From Phaeosaccion multiseriatum (Eukaryota > Protista > Ochrophyta, other classes), in contig OZ218953.1 in NCBI GenBank assembly GCA_965112735.1, positions 2,542,001-2,606,000 of the forward strand: 64,000 nucleotides of DNA. The letters are read 5' to 3'. A program made the position numbers and the translations under genes. The first letter of the stretch is position 1. Each line of letters opens with the position of its first letter. The notes under the pieces were generated by a model. That model saw only the letters and a list, made by a program, of their open reading frames with translations. It was not told the DNA's origin and ran no database searches. Below are positions 49,067 to 59,782 of this stretch, piece by piece.

Positions 49067-50306
49067 ATGCTTTCACCTACTGTTGTGGTCGTCCTCCTCC
49101 TCCCTGCTGCTCAAGGCTGGATCGCACATCAGAAGCCTGCTCTCAAAACATGGAACACCTTTGCCATGGACAGACGGGGAAGCACTCCATCAGTGACGGC
49201 GCTCGGAATCAAGCCATCTAGAGTGGAGAATGCATTGGGAAGGAGAGGAACGCACGGGTTGGGGGCGGAACGGATGGTGCGGAGGAGGCAGCGTACGGAG
49301 TTGCGGGTATACCCTGAGGATAGAAATGACGACTTCAGCTCAGAATTGGAGGACATTAGGGCAGAAGTGGAGCGCGGGTGAGTGCAGACGAGGCCTTTTT
49401 GTTCTCTCCATTGAGGCATGCGATGCGCCCTCCTAAAGAATCTTGTTGCAGCGCCATCTCTCCCCGACCAGTGGCTGCAGACCCTTCGCGGTTGTCTCCC
49501 TCACTATTGGCGCGAGTACCGTCGTGGCCCTCCACTGAGAAATCTGTCCCCTGGCTTGCTCCTCCCTCCCCCCCCCCCCCACCACCACCACCACCACGGC
49601 AGACTGGAGTCCATGAGGCGCAACCCCTACGTTCTGGTCGGTCTCGCTGTGGCAGCAGGGCTGGCTGCCGCGAACTTGACCCTGCTGGCCGTGCCCATTC
49701 TGTCCTTCGCCCTCCTCTCCCTCACGATGGTACTCTCCCAGACGCTCTTCTTCCTCCTGGCGGCGGTCGTGGTGTCCGGCTTCGCGCTCTTGGCAGTGGC
49801 AGGGGTGGCAGGCCTGGCCCTTCCGCTGGTGCTGCCTGGCGCGCTGCTCGCAGTAGGGCTGGGGGCCTTGGCGCAGCGACAGTGGAAGGCAAGCCTCGCT
49901 CAAGGTGCGACTCACTCTCTCTCTCTCTTTGTGTGTGTGTATGTGTGTGTGTGTATGTATGCTTGTGTGTGCTTGTGTGTATGGCCATCAGAACAGCAGA
50001 CGAGCAGCAGGAGCAGCAGAGGTCGAGAGGGGGGGCGGGACAGTGACAATGGAGCCCACGCAGTCTAGCCCGCTTCCAAATACTGAGGTCACCGCCCTCC
50101 CCTTCCTGCGTCCCTCCCTCCCTCCCCTCTCCCCGACAGACGTAGAGGGCAGTGCTTCAGGCGCGGCTGAAGTTATTGACGTTGACGTGATTGAGCGGGA
50201 GGCCACCGTCAAGGAAACAGAACCCATTCGGGGGTTCGACGACTTGGAGAACTTCGACGAGCGCCTCAAGGAACAAATCAGGGCAGAGGAGGAGAAGGAG
50301 AGGTGA
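49067..50306 (+). CDS. Plastid-targeted membrane protein of unknown function; 3 exons
   Basis: Presequence MLSPTVVVVLLLPAAQG-W; exons 49067-49377, 49603-49903 (long hydrophobic stretch, 2-3 TM), 50140-50306 (EVIDVDV..LENFDERL); phases consistent. Confidence 0.75.
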
Positions 50307-50733
50307 GTCCAGGGAGAGAGGGACGGGTGGGTCCGAATGCATCCATGTGAGCGGAAGGGAGACTCAAGTCCGAAAGAGCGAGGGGAGGAAGGCGAACTCT
50401 GCGTTGATGCAAATGGGAAGAGGGAGGGGGAGGAGCAGGAAGAAGCCTCGACCCGTGCTCCCCGGCAGTAGCGGACGCGCCTTCCTCGAGATGGGATGCC
50501 AACGAAGCTCTTTCATCCTTTGTTCTACGATAGGGCACTATTTATCGGCCAGAAGAAGCAAGACCTCTTGTCCATGCTCCCTCTATGCCCCCCTCACGCC
50601 CTCCTCCGCAGCTCCCGTGACCAACCCCTGTTCCGTCCTCTCCCTCCCCCTAAGTATGCACCTTTTTGGCACGTCCGTCTCCATCTCTTGTACTTTAATT
50701 TTGATTTTAAAAATTGTATCTCGTCCGGATGTC

Positions 50734-51012
50734 ATGTCAAACAGACGAGTAGCGGCGCGGAGTCAACCCAGTGTCAGCCCCACTTCCCTACTGCTGGCCC
50801 CGACCACCCTTGCGACCCCGCGGCAGCTAGCGTCCGCGCTGGAGAGCGCCGGCTTCGGCGATTACTCTGCTACTTTCTTGAAGAACAACATCGATGGCAA
50901 AGTGGGCAAGGCCCTGACGGAGGTGGAGCTGAGGGTGGAGCTGGGCGTGTCGAGTGTAGGGGACAGGAAGCGCCTCATGACCTGGCTCCAAAGCATGGAG
51001 GACGAAAATTAA
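50734..51012 (+). CDS. Small stand-alone SAM (sterile alpha motif) domain protein, 92 aa
   Basis: LASALESAGFGDYSATFLKNNIDGKVGKALTEVELRVELGVSSVGDRKRLMTWL matches the SAM consensus. Confidence 0.8.
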   Translation: MSNRRVAARSQPSVSPTSLLLAPTTLATPRQLASALESAGFGDYSATFLKNNIDGKVGKALTEVELRVELGVSSVGDRKRLMTWLQSMEDEN

Positions 51013-51666
51013 CGAAATGGCGACTCTGTTCCTCTCTGGCTTGCTCGGGAGGGAGGGAGGGTAGGGTCACCTGGATCAATGACCGCGCGCCACCTCAGCT
51101 CGAAGGAAAACTAGATACTTCATATGCCAGTATATGCCCTGAGAAGACACAAGACGGAGGGGGGAGAGATCCCAGTGGGGGGAGATGAAGACGAAGGGGT
51201 GGAGGAGAGGAGAGGAAGGAGAGTACAGCAGGGACATCGGAGAACAATGAGCAGCGAGGCCGCTTGACTTTAGGAGCCGCAGCCGCAGCGGCCGGAGCTG
51301 CGGAGGGTGTTGCAGGTGCGGAGGAAAGCAGCAGCAGCAGCAGCGATAGAAATGAGGGGGGTCGAAGGAGTAGGAGGGCAAAGGTGAGGAGGAGAAGTCC
51401 GAGGGCATGGTCCAGGTCCGGCGACAAACTATGTGCACCCTCTTCGCCCCTTTCGCAAGGGCCTGCCTTTGCGCAGGTTGCTGTTTTGTTGGGGCTAGAC
51501 TACTAGTACTTTCTCGAGGGTGTTTGTGAGTGTGCTCAGCTACTGTTACCAGAACAAAACAAAAATCAGCGAGAAGCCCCCCCCCCGGTGTTTATATTGA
51601 TGTACACCCTCTTGTAGACCTCTACTTGCTGCCGTGTGGCTGGCTGACGACATATGCAACGCTCAG

Positions 51667-52496
51667 ATGCCGGGACGGGAGAGCAGCAAAGTGTATGAAG
51701 ATCTCTGATGAGGACAAGTCGCTTCGACAAAGACTCTCTCCGTCTCCTCAATTGGGAACGGTTCTTTGGGACGCTGCGCGAACTCGAGGTACTTGATTGA
51801 GGACTTTGAGTGGGGCCTTGGGGGGATGGAGAGATGGATCAACTCAACTCTTGTCCCCTTTATGGCTACTCACCTGCTGTTCTGGCCTTGAGCGACGATA
51901 TGGCAAGACTTTTTCAAAGCCAACAACGAAGGAACGACCCGGACAAAGGCGCCTCTTCTCATCGACAGTCCGCCCATTGCTTCGAGCCTCCTCGCCCTCA
52001 CAAACCAACCACACTCCCCCGCCGTAGGAAGAAGCAGCGGCTCAAGCAAATGCGGAAGGAGGACAGGCGGTGGGTGGAGAGGGTCAAGTAGATGCGGAAG
52101 TAGGGCAGAGAGAGGAAGCTCAAGAGGACGACGCCCCGCAACAACAAGAGAGCGCCGCAGCTGACCAACAGCAGGTGGGCAGATGGGCATATGGGAGAAG
52201 GGGCAGTGGGGAGCAAAGGGGCCAAGGGAGAAGAGAGGGGGGAAGGATGCGTTCTTCTACGAGGAAAGTCAATCATCATATGATTGAGTGGTGCTACTCG
52301 CTCCGCCTACCTTCCTATTTCTTACTTTTCGTACCCGTTCCTGACACTCCTCTCTCCGTCTCTCTCTGTATGTGTGTGTGTGTGTATAGTCGGGCAGATC
52401 TCAAGCGGTGAACGCTCGGCAGGAGGAGAAGGCGGGGGGGAAGACACAAACGCGGATCCTGAGAGGAAGCAAGAGGCGATGGAGAGCGCGACGTAG
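51667..52496 (+). pseudogene. Hypothetical multi-exon gene, apparently frameshifted (pseudogene or assembly indel)
   Basis: Phase-0 exons 51893-51967, 52028-52174 and 52398-52496 join in frame. Exon 51667-51788 is 122 nt, one short of reading MPGRESSKVYEDLxMRTSRFDKDSLRLLNWERFFGTLRELE. Confidence 0.4.
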
Positions 52497-52627
52497 CGGC
52501 GGACTGTCAGCGGAGATGACTTCGCCCAAGCGAGAGAAGGGGGCAACACACGGGAGGAAAGGAGGTGCAACCAGTGTCCGGAGCTGTTTTCGTAGGGCGG
52601 GGGGAGTAGCAGCATCAGTAGCATCAT

Positions 52628-52658
<31 letters not shown>

Positions 52659-53069
52659 AGCAAGCACTTCGTTTCGAGAGCAGATGATTTGATGGCAGTT
52701 GTTGTCCGACCTGTGGGCGGGGGCTCAAGACTCGGGGGAATCGGGGGAGGGGGTGGGGTAAGAGATGATGGGGACTTGGAGGAAAGCAAGGGGCCGGACA
52801 TGAGACCACAGCAGCTGATGAGGTGATCATACGGGGGCAAGGAGTGCCTCACCTGCCGGCCCTACGGGCACGGGCCCTAGCTAGCACGAGAGCTGTGCCC
52901 AAGAGACCTGGCCAGGGGCGAGTGCCCCAAGTGCAGGGCCGCGGCTTAGTGCGTTTGTGTAGCTTTTCCGTATGTGCGTAAAGCCAGAGGGGAGGTCTCA
53001 AAAGTGAATGTCACATTCATACATATAAGAACCCTTTTTCCCTCAAGCTCTTTCCACCATCCCCCGCTC

Positions 53070-56051
53070 ATGTACCTCTGGATCGTGGTTGTCGGAGCCA
53101 TTGGTGCTGTCTTCGCTGCATACGGCATCGGCGCGAACGATGTTGCCAATGCATTCGCTACTTCTGTGGGCTCCAAGTCGCTGACCATCAAGCAGGCCGT
53201 GGTGCTCGCTGGCATCTTCGAGTTCAGCGGAGCCCTCCTCTTGGGCTCCCACGTGGTGAAGACCATTAGCCAAGGTATTGCGGATGTGGATTGCTTCAGA
53301 CCGAACCCCGGCGCTCTAATGTACGGCATGAGTTGCGTAATCTACTCCACCGGTTTCTGGCTCGTCCTCGCCTCCTATCTGGAGCTTCCCGTGTCCACCA
53401 CGCATTCCACAGTGGGCGGTATTGTGGGAATGGCCATGGCTTTCGAGGGGCCTGGGTGTGTCAACTGGTACGAGAGGAGAACCTCCTTTCCCTTCATCGG
53501 TGGCGTCTCCGGCATCGTCCTCTCCTGGATCATTTCGCCAGTGTTTGCTGCCATTGTGGCCTCGCTGCTCTTTACGGTGGTGCGGGCCTTCGTGCTGCGA
53601 CAGGAGGACAGCTACCGTCGCGCATTCTTCTTCTTCCCTGTTCTCGTGGCTGTGACACTCGTGGTGAACATCTTCTTCATCATGTACAAGGTCGGTCGAA
53701 AGTTGATGGCTGCTATGCTGTGCTGTGCTGTGGTGTGTAGCTTCGATAAGCTGCTATTTCGCATGAGCTGGCTGTTCGAGGAGCTGTGTGTGTGTGCGTG
53801 TGCATGGGGCTATGCGTGTGGGTGGGGCTAGTCTAGCTATGCGCCTTACTGCTGAGCACCCTGCCTTTTGGGGCTTGACTCTCCAGCGAATCGCCCATAT
53901 TCTCCGGCCGTCGCTCCTCCATTGCTCGCCCTCTCTCCCTCCCTCCCTCCCTCGCCAGGGCGCCAAGGGGGTCGGGCTTGACGATACGAACATCAACACC
54001 GCATGTAAGAGGAAGCATCTGGCTGGACTCTGAACTCTATAGTACAAGGGAAGCAATAAGTGAACGGAACAACACGCCGCGCCATGAGCAAGTTAAGCAC
54101 CAATATTTTTGCGGACTGACACTTCCCGGTGGTGGTGGTGGTGGTGGTGGTGGTGGTGCCTCTTTGCCGCCCGCCCTTCTCTCTCGCTCCGCCCCACAGT
54201 CGTCTTCTCCTTCGGCATCGGCTGCGGCGTGGCGCTGCTCATGACCCCCACCCTCCTCCCCTACCTTGCGAGGAAGATCGATGCCCAGGTAAGAAGGCAG
54301 CCAGGAGGTAGGAGCTGCGCTGGGCTGCCCTCTTCTCCCAACAATGTGCTAGCTACACACACAGTAGTACGTGGCCCTCTGCCCGCCGTGGTCGGGAAGA
54401 AGCATGGGGCGGGGTGCTTCTGATCAGGGCGGGCAGACTAGCTACTCGCTCTCTCGATGATTTCACGGCCCGGCCGCTCCCAAGTAAAGGATCAGACTTG
54501 CACAACCTCCCAGCCCTTGATTCATTCATTTCTCCATTCCATTCATTCCTTCCTTCATTCATTCCGCTCGATTAGTTCCGTGACCGCCCCGACGGAAGCC
54601 CGGCCGTGAACAAGTACGACACTTCCAGAGAAGGCCTTCGTGTGCTGGCCATGCAGCAGGAGGAGAGGCAGGAGGAGGCGGACGCAGAGTCCCTGGCAGG
54701 CCTGCGCGTGCTTGCAATGGACATGAAGCGGCAGGGAAGGGAGCATCAGGAGGAGGAGGAGGAGGAGGAGGAGGAGAAGGAGGAGATGATGGAGGAGCAG
54801 AACGGGGTGGAGGAGGAAAAGGCCAGCCGTGACCTTCGGCAGTACTCCCCGAGCAGCACCCGGGCTGTCGTTGAGGGGGGGGAGGAGCAGCCCACTGCTC
54901 CTCCTAGCGGTGGCAGCTCCTCCTCCCCCTCCTTCTCCTCCTCCAGGTGGGGCGGCTACCTGTCTAACCAGCTCGGCAAGGACCCGCACGCCGTCATCGG
55001 GCAGAGCGAGTACGTGTCCAACATTCACGACAACGCGGAGAAGTTCGCCCCCAAGGCCGAGGAATTGTTCAAGTACGTGCAAGTCTTCACCGCCATTTGC
55101 GACTCCTTCTCGCACGGCGCCAACGACGTCGCCAACGCCATGGGCCCGTTCACTGCCATCTACGTCACCTTCAAGACCGGCATGGTACGTCTGTGTCACT
55201 GGCTTTGGGCGGGGGGGGGGGGGGGGTTGAGGCCGCAAGTTCGAGGTAGCTAGACCGATTCGTCGTGATGATGATCAGTAGGGAAGCCCCCACCTTGACT
55301 AATGGTGGCATCGACGGCTCTCTCCCTCGGCCTTGCGCTCCTGGTGTCGCTGTCGTGCGACGGTCGAGACTCCTCAATGACCGCGGGGACGCGACGTTAA
55401 CTACTGCCGCCCTCTGCCTTCCTCCTCCTCTTCGTCGTCGTTGTGGTCGTTGCTGCCGTCGTTGCTCCTTGTGAGAGCAAGAGAAGCCACGCCTACTTGC
55501 CACCTACGCCCCGCGAAGCCTTGACACAAGCAAGCCCGATTCGACTCGACTACCGCGCTTGCCTTTGCTGTCCACTCACCACCCTTGCTTGTTCCCCTGG
55601 CGTCCCACCTCCTTCACGTTCTGTCCTCCGACCGACCGATTCCGTTCAGGTGGATGGCGAAAGCGCAGCCTCGACGGACAGCTACTGGATCCTCGCCCTC
55701 GGAGGAGCCGGCATCGTGCTGGGCCTCTCCACTTACGGTTACAAGATCATGTCAGCCATCGGGGTCAAGATCGCCAAGATCACGCCCTCCCGAGGCTTCG
55801 CCATTGAGCTTGCCTCCGCCATTGTCATCGTCATCGGCTCGCGCTTGGAGATACCTCTATCCACCACGCATTGCCAGGTGGGAGCTACCATGGGTGTGGC
55901 ACTACTCGAGGGAAGAGGCGGTCTAAACTGGGTGGTGCTGCTGCGGGCTGTGCTGGGCTGGCTCTTTACCCTCGTCGTCTGTGGGCTCAGTGCGGCCATA
56001 CTCTTTGCGCAGGGCTTCTACGCCCCTTCCCCTGACTGGCAACAACTTTAG
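53070..56051 (+). CDS. Inorganic phosphate transporter, PiT/PHO4 (SLC20) family; 5 exons
   Basis: GIGANDVANAFATSVGS; LPVSTTHSTVGG; SFSHGANDVANAMGP; ITPSRGFAIEL; IPLSTTHCQVG. Exons 53070-53690, ~53958-54004, 54200-54288, ~54576-55184, 55650-56051. Confidence 0.95.
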
Positions 56052-56340
56052 GCGGGCGACAAGATAGCAGCAGGTCCTCAGGTCCACGAGGGAGGGACAG
56101 TAGAGAGTCAGAGAGGGGTCAACTGCGGGCCGACCCCGCTCTCTCGGGGTCCGCTCTCGCTCTCGGCAGGCGGTAGCTAGAGTCGCTGTCTAGGGAAGCC
56201 AGTCACTGTGCCCCCGGCGAGGGTGAGGAGGTGCGGGGGGTCGGCGCGGGTTGACACACGGGTGCGAGGTGTGAATTAATAGGTTTCCCCTTTGTGTGTG
56301 GGTAATCACCTGGGACCACGGGATCGGCACCGTGCACGCC

Positions 56341-56750
56341 TAGCGGCCTAGGCCTATTTTGGAAAATTGCCCGGCCTAGCGAGGGCCGTAGGCCCTCGGC
56401 CTATTTATAGGCCGCCTAGGCGGCGGCCTAGGCGGGGGCCGGAGGCCCGCGGCCTAGGGCAGACGCCAACTAGGCGCATGCTCATATGCCCCTGGGCTGG
56501 CCCGGAACCCGCCCAAGTGTCGTCAGTTTTAAGCAAATGTATTGCATGGGATAAGTGAGGAGTAGATTGGTTCTGTTGTCTCTTTCCGCCTCGCTGGCTG
56601 GCCCTACGAGGAGTGCAGGCCTACAGGTGTGCTGCTACCCACTGGCTGGGCGGCACCACGCACGCGCCCACGGTCACTGGGAGGCTGCCTAGAGGCGGGC
56701 TATAGGCCGCCTAGGGCTGAAAAGTGAGCGGCCTAGAGCCTAGGCCGCTA
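56341..56750. mobile_element. Non-autonomous MITE-like element, 410 bp
   Basis: Perfect 13-bp inverted termini TAGCGGCCTAGGC (56341-56353) / GCCTAGGCCGCTA (56738-56750); many subterminal GCCTAG motifs; direct repeat TATAGGCCGCCTAGG at ~56407 and 56701; no coding capacity. Confidence 0.7.
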
Positions 56751-56871
56751 CTTGTAGCGTGGGGCGAAGGGAGACGATTGTTGACTTCCCGGGCCTTGGC
56801 CTAAGCAATGTTAGAGCGCCGGCTCCTTTACAAGAAAGTGAAAGAACCGGAGAGAAAAGAATCAACCTCCG

Positions 56872-58264
56872 ATGATTGACACCAGCAGCACCACAATCCA
56901 GGAGGTGAGAAGGCCTTGTTGCCCGTGTTGGCTCCCAACCTACTGTTTTTTTGTTTCTTTTTCTCTCTTTCTTCCTTCATGCTGGCTCTCGGGGGCGGGG
57001 GGGGGGGGGGGGGGTGAAGTGCCACCCCCATCGCGTATTGTGTATGCGTATCCTGCCTTCACTTCACACCCCAAGCGTGTGCCCCAACCCCGCCTTATCT
57101 CACGCGCACGACCCTTCCTTCCTTCCCCGCTCTGAGCTCACCGCGCTTGCCATAATCTGTCCCCCCACCCCTCCTCCTTGCTCCCTCAAGGCCAAGCGCG
57201 TGCTGGATGTGATTCAAAAAGGGGAACAGCGGCCGGCCATCGAACTAGCCATCAATGCGCTCATCGCCAAGGAAGGCCCCGACGCCTTGAACCGCAGGTG
57301 GGGTCATGATTGTGAGCACACCACCCTCATGACCTGGGCGGCTGCGTGGGACAGAGCAGAGGCCGTGGATGTCCTGACTGAGAAAGGCGCCAACCTAAAC
57401 GTCGGAGGGGGTGCGTTTTTTGACACTCCCCTCATCACGGCCTGCTTGGTGGGCGGCAAGATCACCAAGCAGCTGCTGGGCAAGAAGGCCAGCGTGGACC
57501 AGACCAACAATAAAAAGTGGACTGCCCTCCACACTGCCGCAGCCGTGGGGGACAACGAATCGGTGCAGCTGCTGCTCTCTGCGGGCGCTCAGCCGGACCT
57601 TGCCACAGCAAGCGGCTCCACAGGTTAGGGAGGAAGGACGAAAGAAGCCTCCCTATATTGTGTATTTCTGCATGTTTCAAGGACAATCCTTGTCATCTTC
57701 CCCACTCTCTCTTACACCCCCCTCCCTCTCCCCTCTTCCCTGTCCGCAGCACTTCAACTGGCGGCTCAGGGTGGCCACGATGCTTGTGTAAAGAGTCTGC
57801 TTCTTAGCTCCCCCGCCGCCGCCAAAGCCGCCGCCAAGGCAGGGGTAGGTGTAGCTGGTTTCGCAGGATCCGCAGCAGGAGTGGCACCGATGGCGATGGA
57901 AGGAGGAGGGGAGGGGGGCACAACCCTTGAACGCGCTTTGCTCGCTGCCGCACACAAGAGCCGCTCCAATGTGATGCGCACTCTCATCTCGGCGGGTGCC
58001 GATGTGCAGGCGGTGACCGACACCGCCAGCGACCATGGCAATCACGAGGTGGTGGAGCGGCTTCGGTCCGTGTCCGACGAGATGGAGTACGAGAGGAGGA
58101 ACAGCACGTCGAGCTTAACGGGGGGGGAGGGCGGGGAGGGCGGTGAGCCATGCGCGCACCGCGTCAACAGGTCGCATTCTACACAGTCCAACACTCCCTC
58201 TGTGCCGGAAGGGGACGAGGGGGGCGAGGAAGGGGAAGGAGAGGGAGATGGCATGGCGGTCTGA
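56872..58264 (+). CDS. Ankyrin-repeat protein; 3 exons
   Basis: Exons 56872-56904, 57191-57622 (TLMTWAAAWDRAEAVDVLTEKGANLN; DTPLITAC; WTALHTAAAVGDNESVQLLLSAGA), ~57750-58264 (ALQLAAQGGHDACVKSLL; LISAGADVQA). Confidence 0.85.
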
Positions 58265-58277
58265 GCTTGTAGCCTTG

Positions 58278-58338
58278 ACCTTGATCTTCTTGGGCCGACT
58301 ATTGGGACCTTGATCTTCTTCGGCCGACTATTGGGACG
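58278..58338. repeat. 29-bp tandem duplication just downstream of the ankyrin stop codon
   Basis: accttgatcttcttgggccgactattggg / accttgatcttcttcggccgactattggg. Confidence 0.9.
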
Positions 58339-59021
58339 ATTGATGCCAAATGCAATGCCAATCAAATCCGATCCAATCCGTGCGACGCAAGGGTGGGTAC
58401 AAGGGGGGCGCAGCAGCAGCAGCAGCAGCAATAATGATGAGAAGAGAAGACGTGTGTACATAGATAGATAGGCCTGCGAGGGGTGGGGATGGGGGAGGGG
58501 GGCTGCATAGCACAGCTGCCGTTTCTTCCCTGTTGACCTCGAAGCGAGGGGTCGCCGTTGGATGTGGCGTTACGGTGGCATCGATGTATCGATGTCTCGA
58601 TACACATGTAGGAAATAGAACAATAGAGGCAGGCCGAAGCAGGTGCCTGCCATTGGAGTAGGAAACACTTTAGACGCGTGTGGGTGCCAAAGTTTTTATT
58701 AGGGCCCTTGAGGCCAGCGCACACAAGCGTCAGCAGGCAGGGAAGGGAAGGGAAGGGAAGGGAGCCAAGCAAAGTCTCGGCTCTCGGGAGCCCTAGCAGC
58801 CTGTGGGGCAAGAAGAGAGAGAAACTGAGACTGAAACAGAGATGGATGTAGCCATTCAATACTCGAGTAAACAAAAATGGAAAGGAGAGAACATATGTTT
58901 TTGATCACAAGTCACAAGTATTGTGTTGGTTTCCTTTGTGAACCCACTGCAAAGGAAGGAACTTCCCCCCCCTCCCTCCCTCCTTCCCAATCTGCCTCCC
59001 ATGACAAGCGCTACTGCTACT

Positions 59022-59142
59022 GCTCTCTGATACGACAGGCTCTCTGATGCGGCAGGCTCTCTGATCCGGCAGGCTCGCTGATGCGGCAGGCTCTCTGATA
59101 CGGCAGGCTCTCTGATACGGCAGGCTCTCTGATGCGGCAGGC
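59022..59142. repeat. 17-bp minisatellite x7, consensus GCTCTCTGATRCGGCAG
   Basis: Seven consecutive units read directly. Confidence 0.95.
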
Positions 59143-59782
59143 CAATGCGTCGGTTGTGCCGTCGGCTGCAGAGCGCGCTGCAAGACGGACGGCCAATACC
59201 AATACCACCACCAGCAGCAGCAGCACCACCACCAGCAGCAGCACCAGCAGCGGCGGTGGCGGCGGCAGTAGCATGTCCACCGAGGGGCAGCAATTGCGCA
59301 GCGCCACGCATCCCCTTGAGTCCTGCCCTGTCTTGCCTGGGCTTGGCTTGGCTTGGCTTGGGGCCACAGACAGAAGATATGCTTGCTTCCGCCGATTGAA
59401 GATTGACGGCAGCAAACCAGAGCGACAGAGGGCTTCCACTCGGTCACTTTCCTCATCCGCCCTCCCTCCCTCTCTCCTTCCTTCCTTTGCCGAGAGAAGG
59501 AGTGAGGGCTTTGCCTTACCTCACCTCCGTAACCTCAGCGAGGGCCTGGAAACACACTGGAAACAGACTGGAAACAGACTAACAGCCCCGTAGTAGTACG
59601 AATCTAGGTAGGGCCCCGCCGTGTGGTGTGATGTGGTGTGCTGTGGTGTGTGGTGTGGCATGCCAAGGGGGAAAGTCTCCAAAGCGTCGACCGCTAGATT
59701 GAGGAACAGGCTCCAACCCTAGCCCGCGGCAGCACGCCTAAACTTCTTGACCCACCTACCGACCGCCTTACTCAGTCACTTC

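Noticed and set aside
49992-50068. Alternative in-frame terminal exon for the plastid membrane protein, or a GC donor at 49888
   Set aside because: The canonical GT at 49904 joins 50140 in phase and yields a more protein-like C-terminus; no evidence for the alternative.
6110-50306. Metabolic gene cluster of plastid-targeted genes
   Set aside because: Six plastid-targeted genes, but with unrelated functions and interspersed with nuclear/cytosolic genes.
59132-59593. 153-aa ORF upstream of the array
   Set aside because: Begins inside the 17-bp repeat, low complexity, no domain or convincing splice partners.
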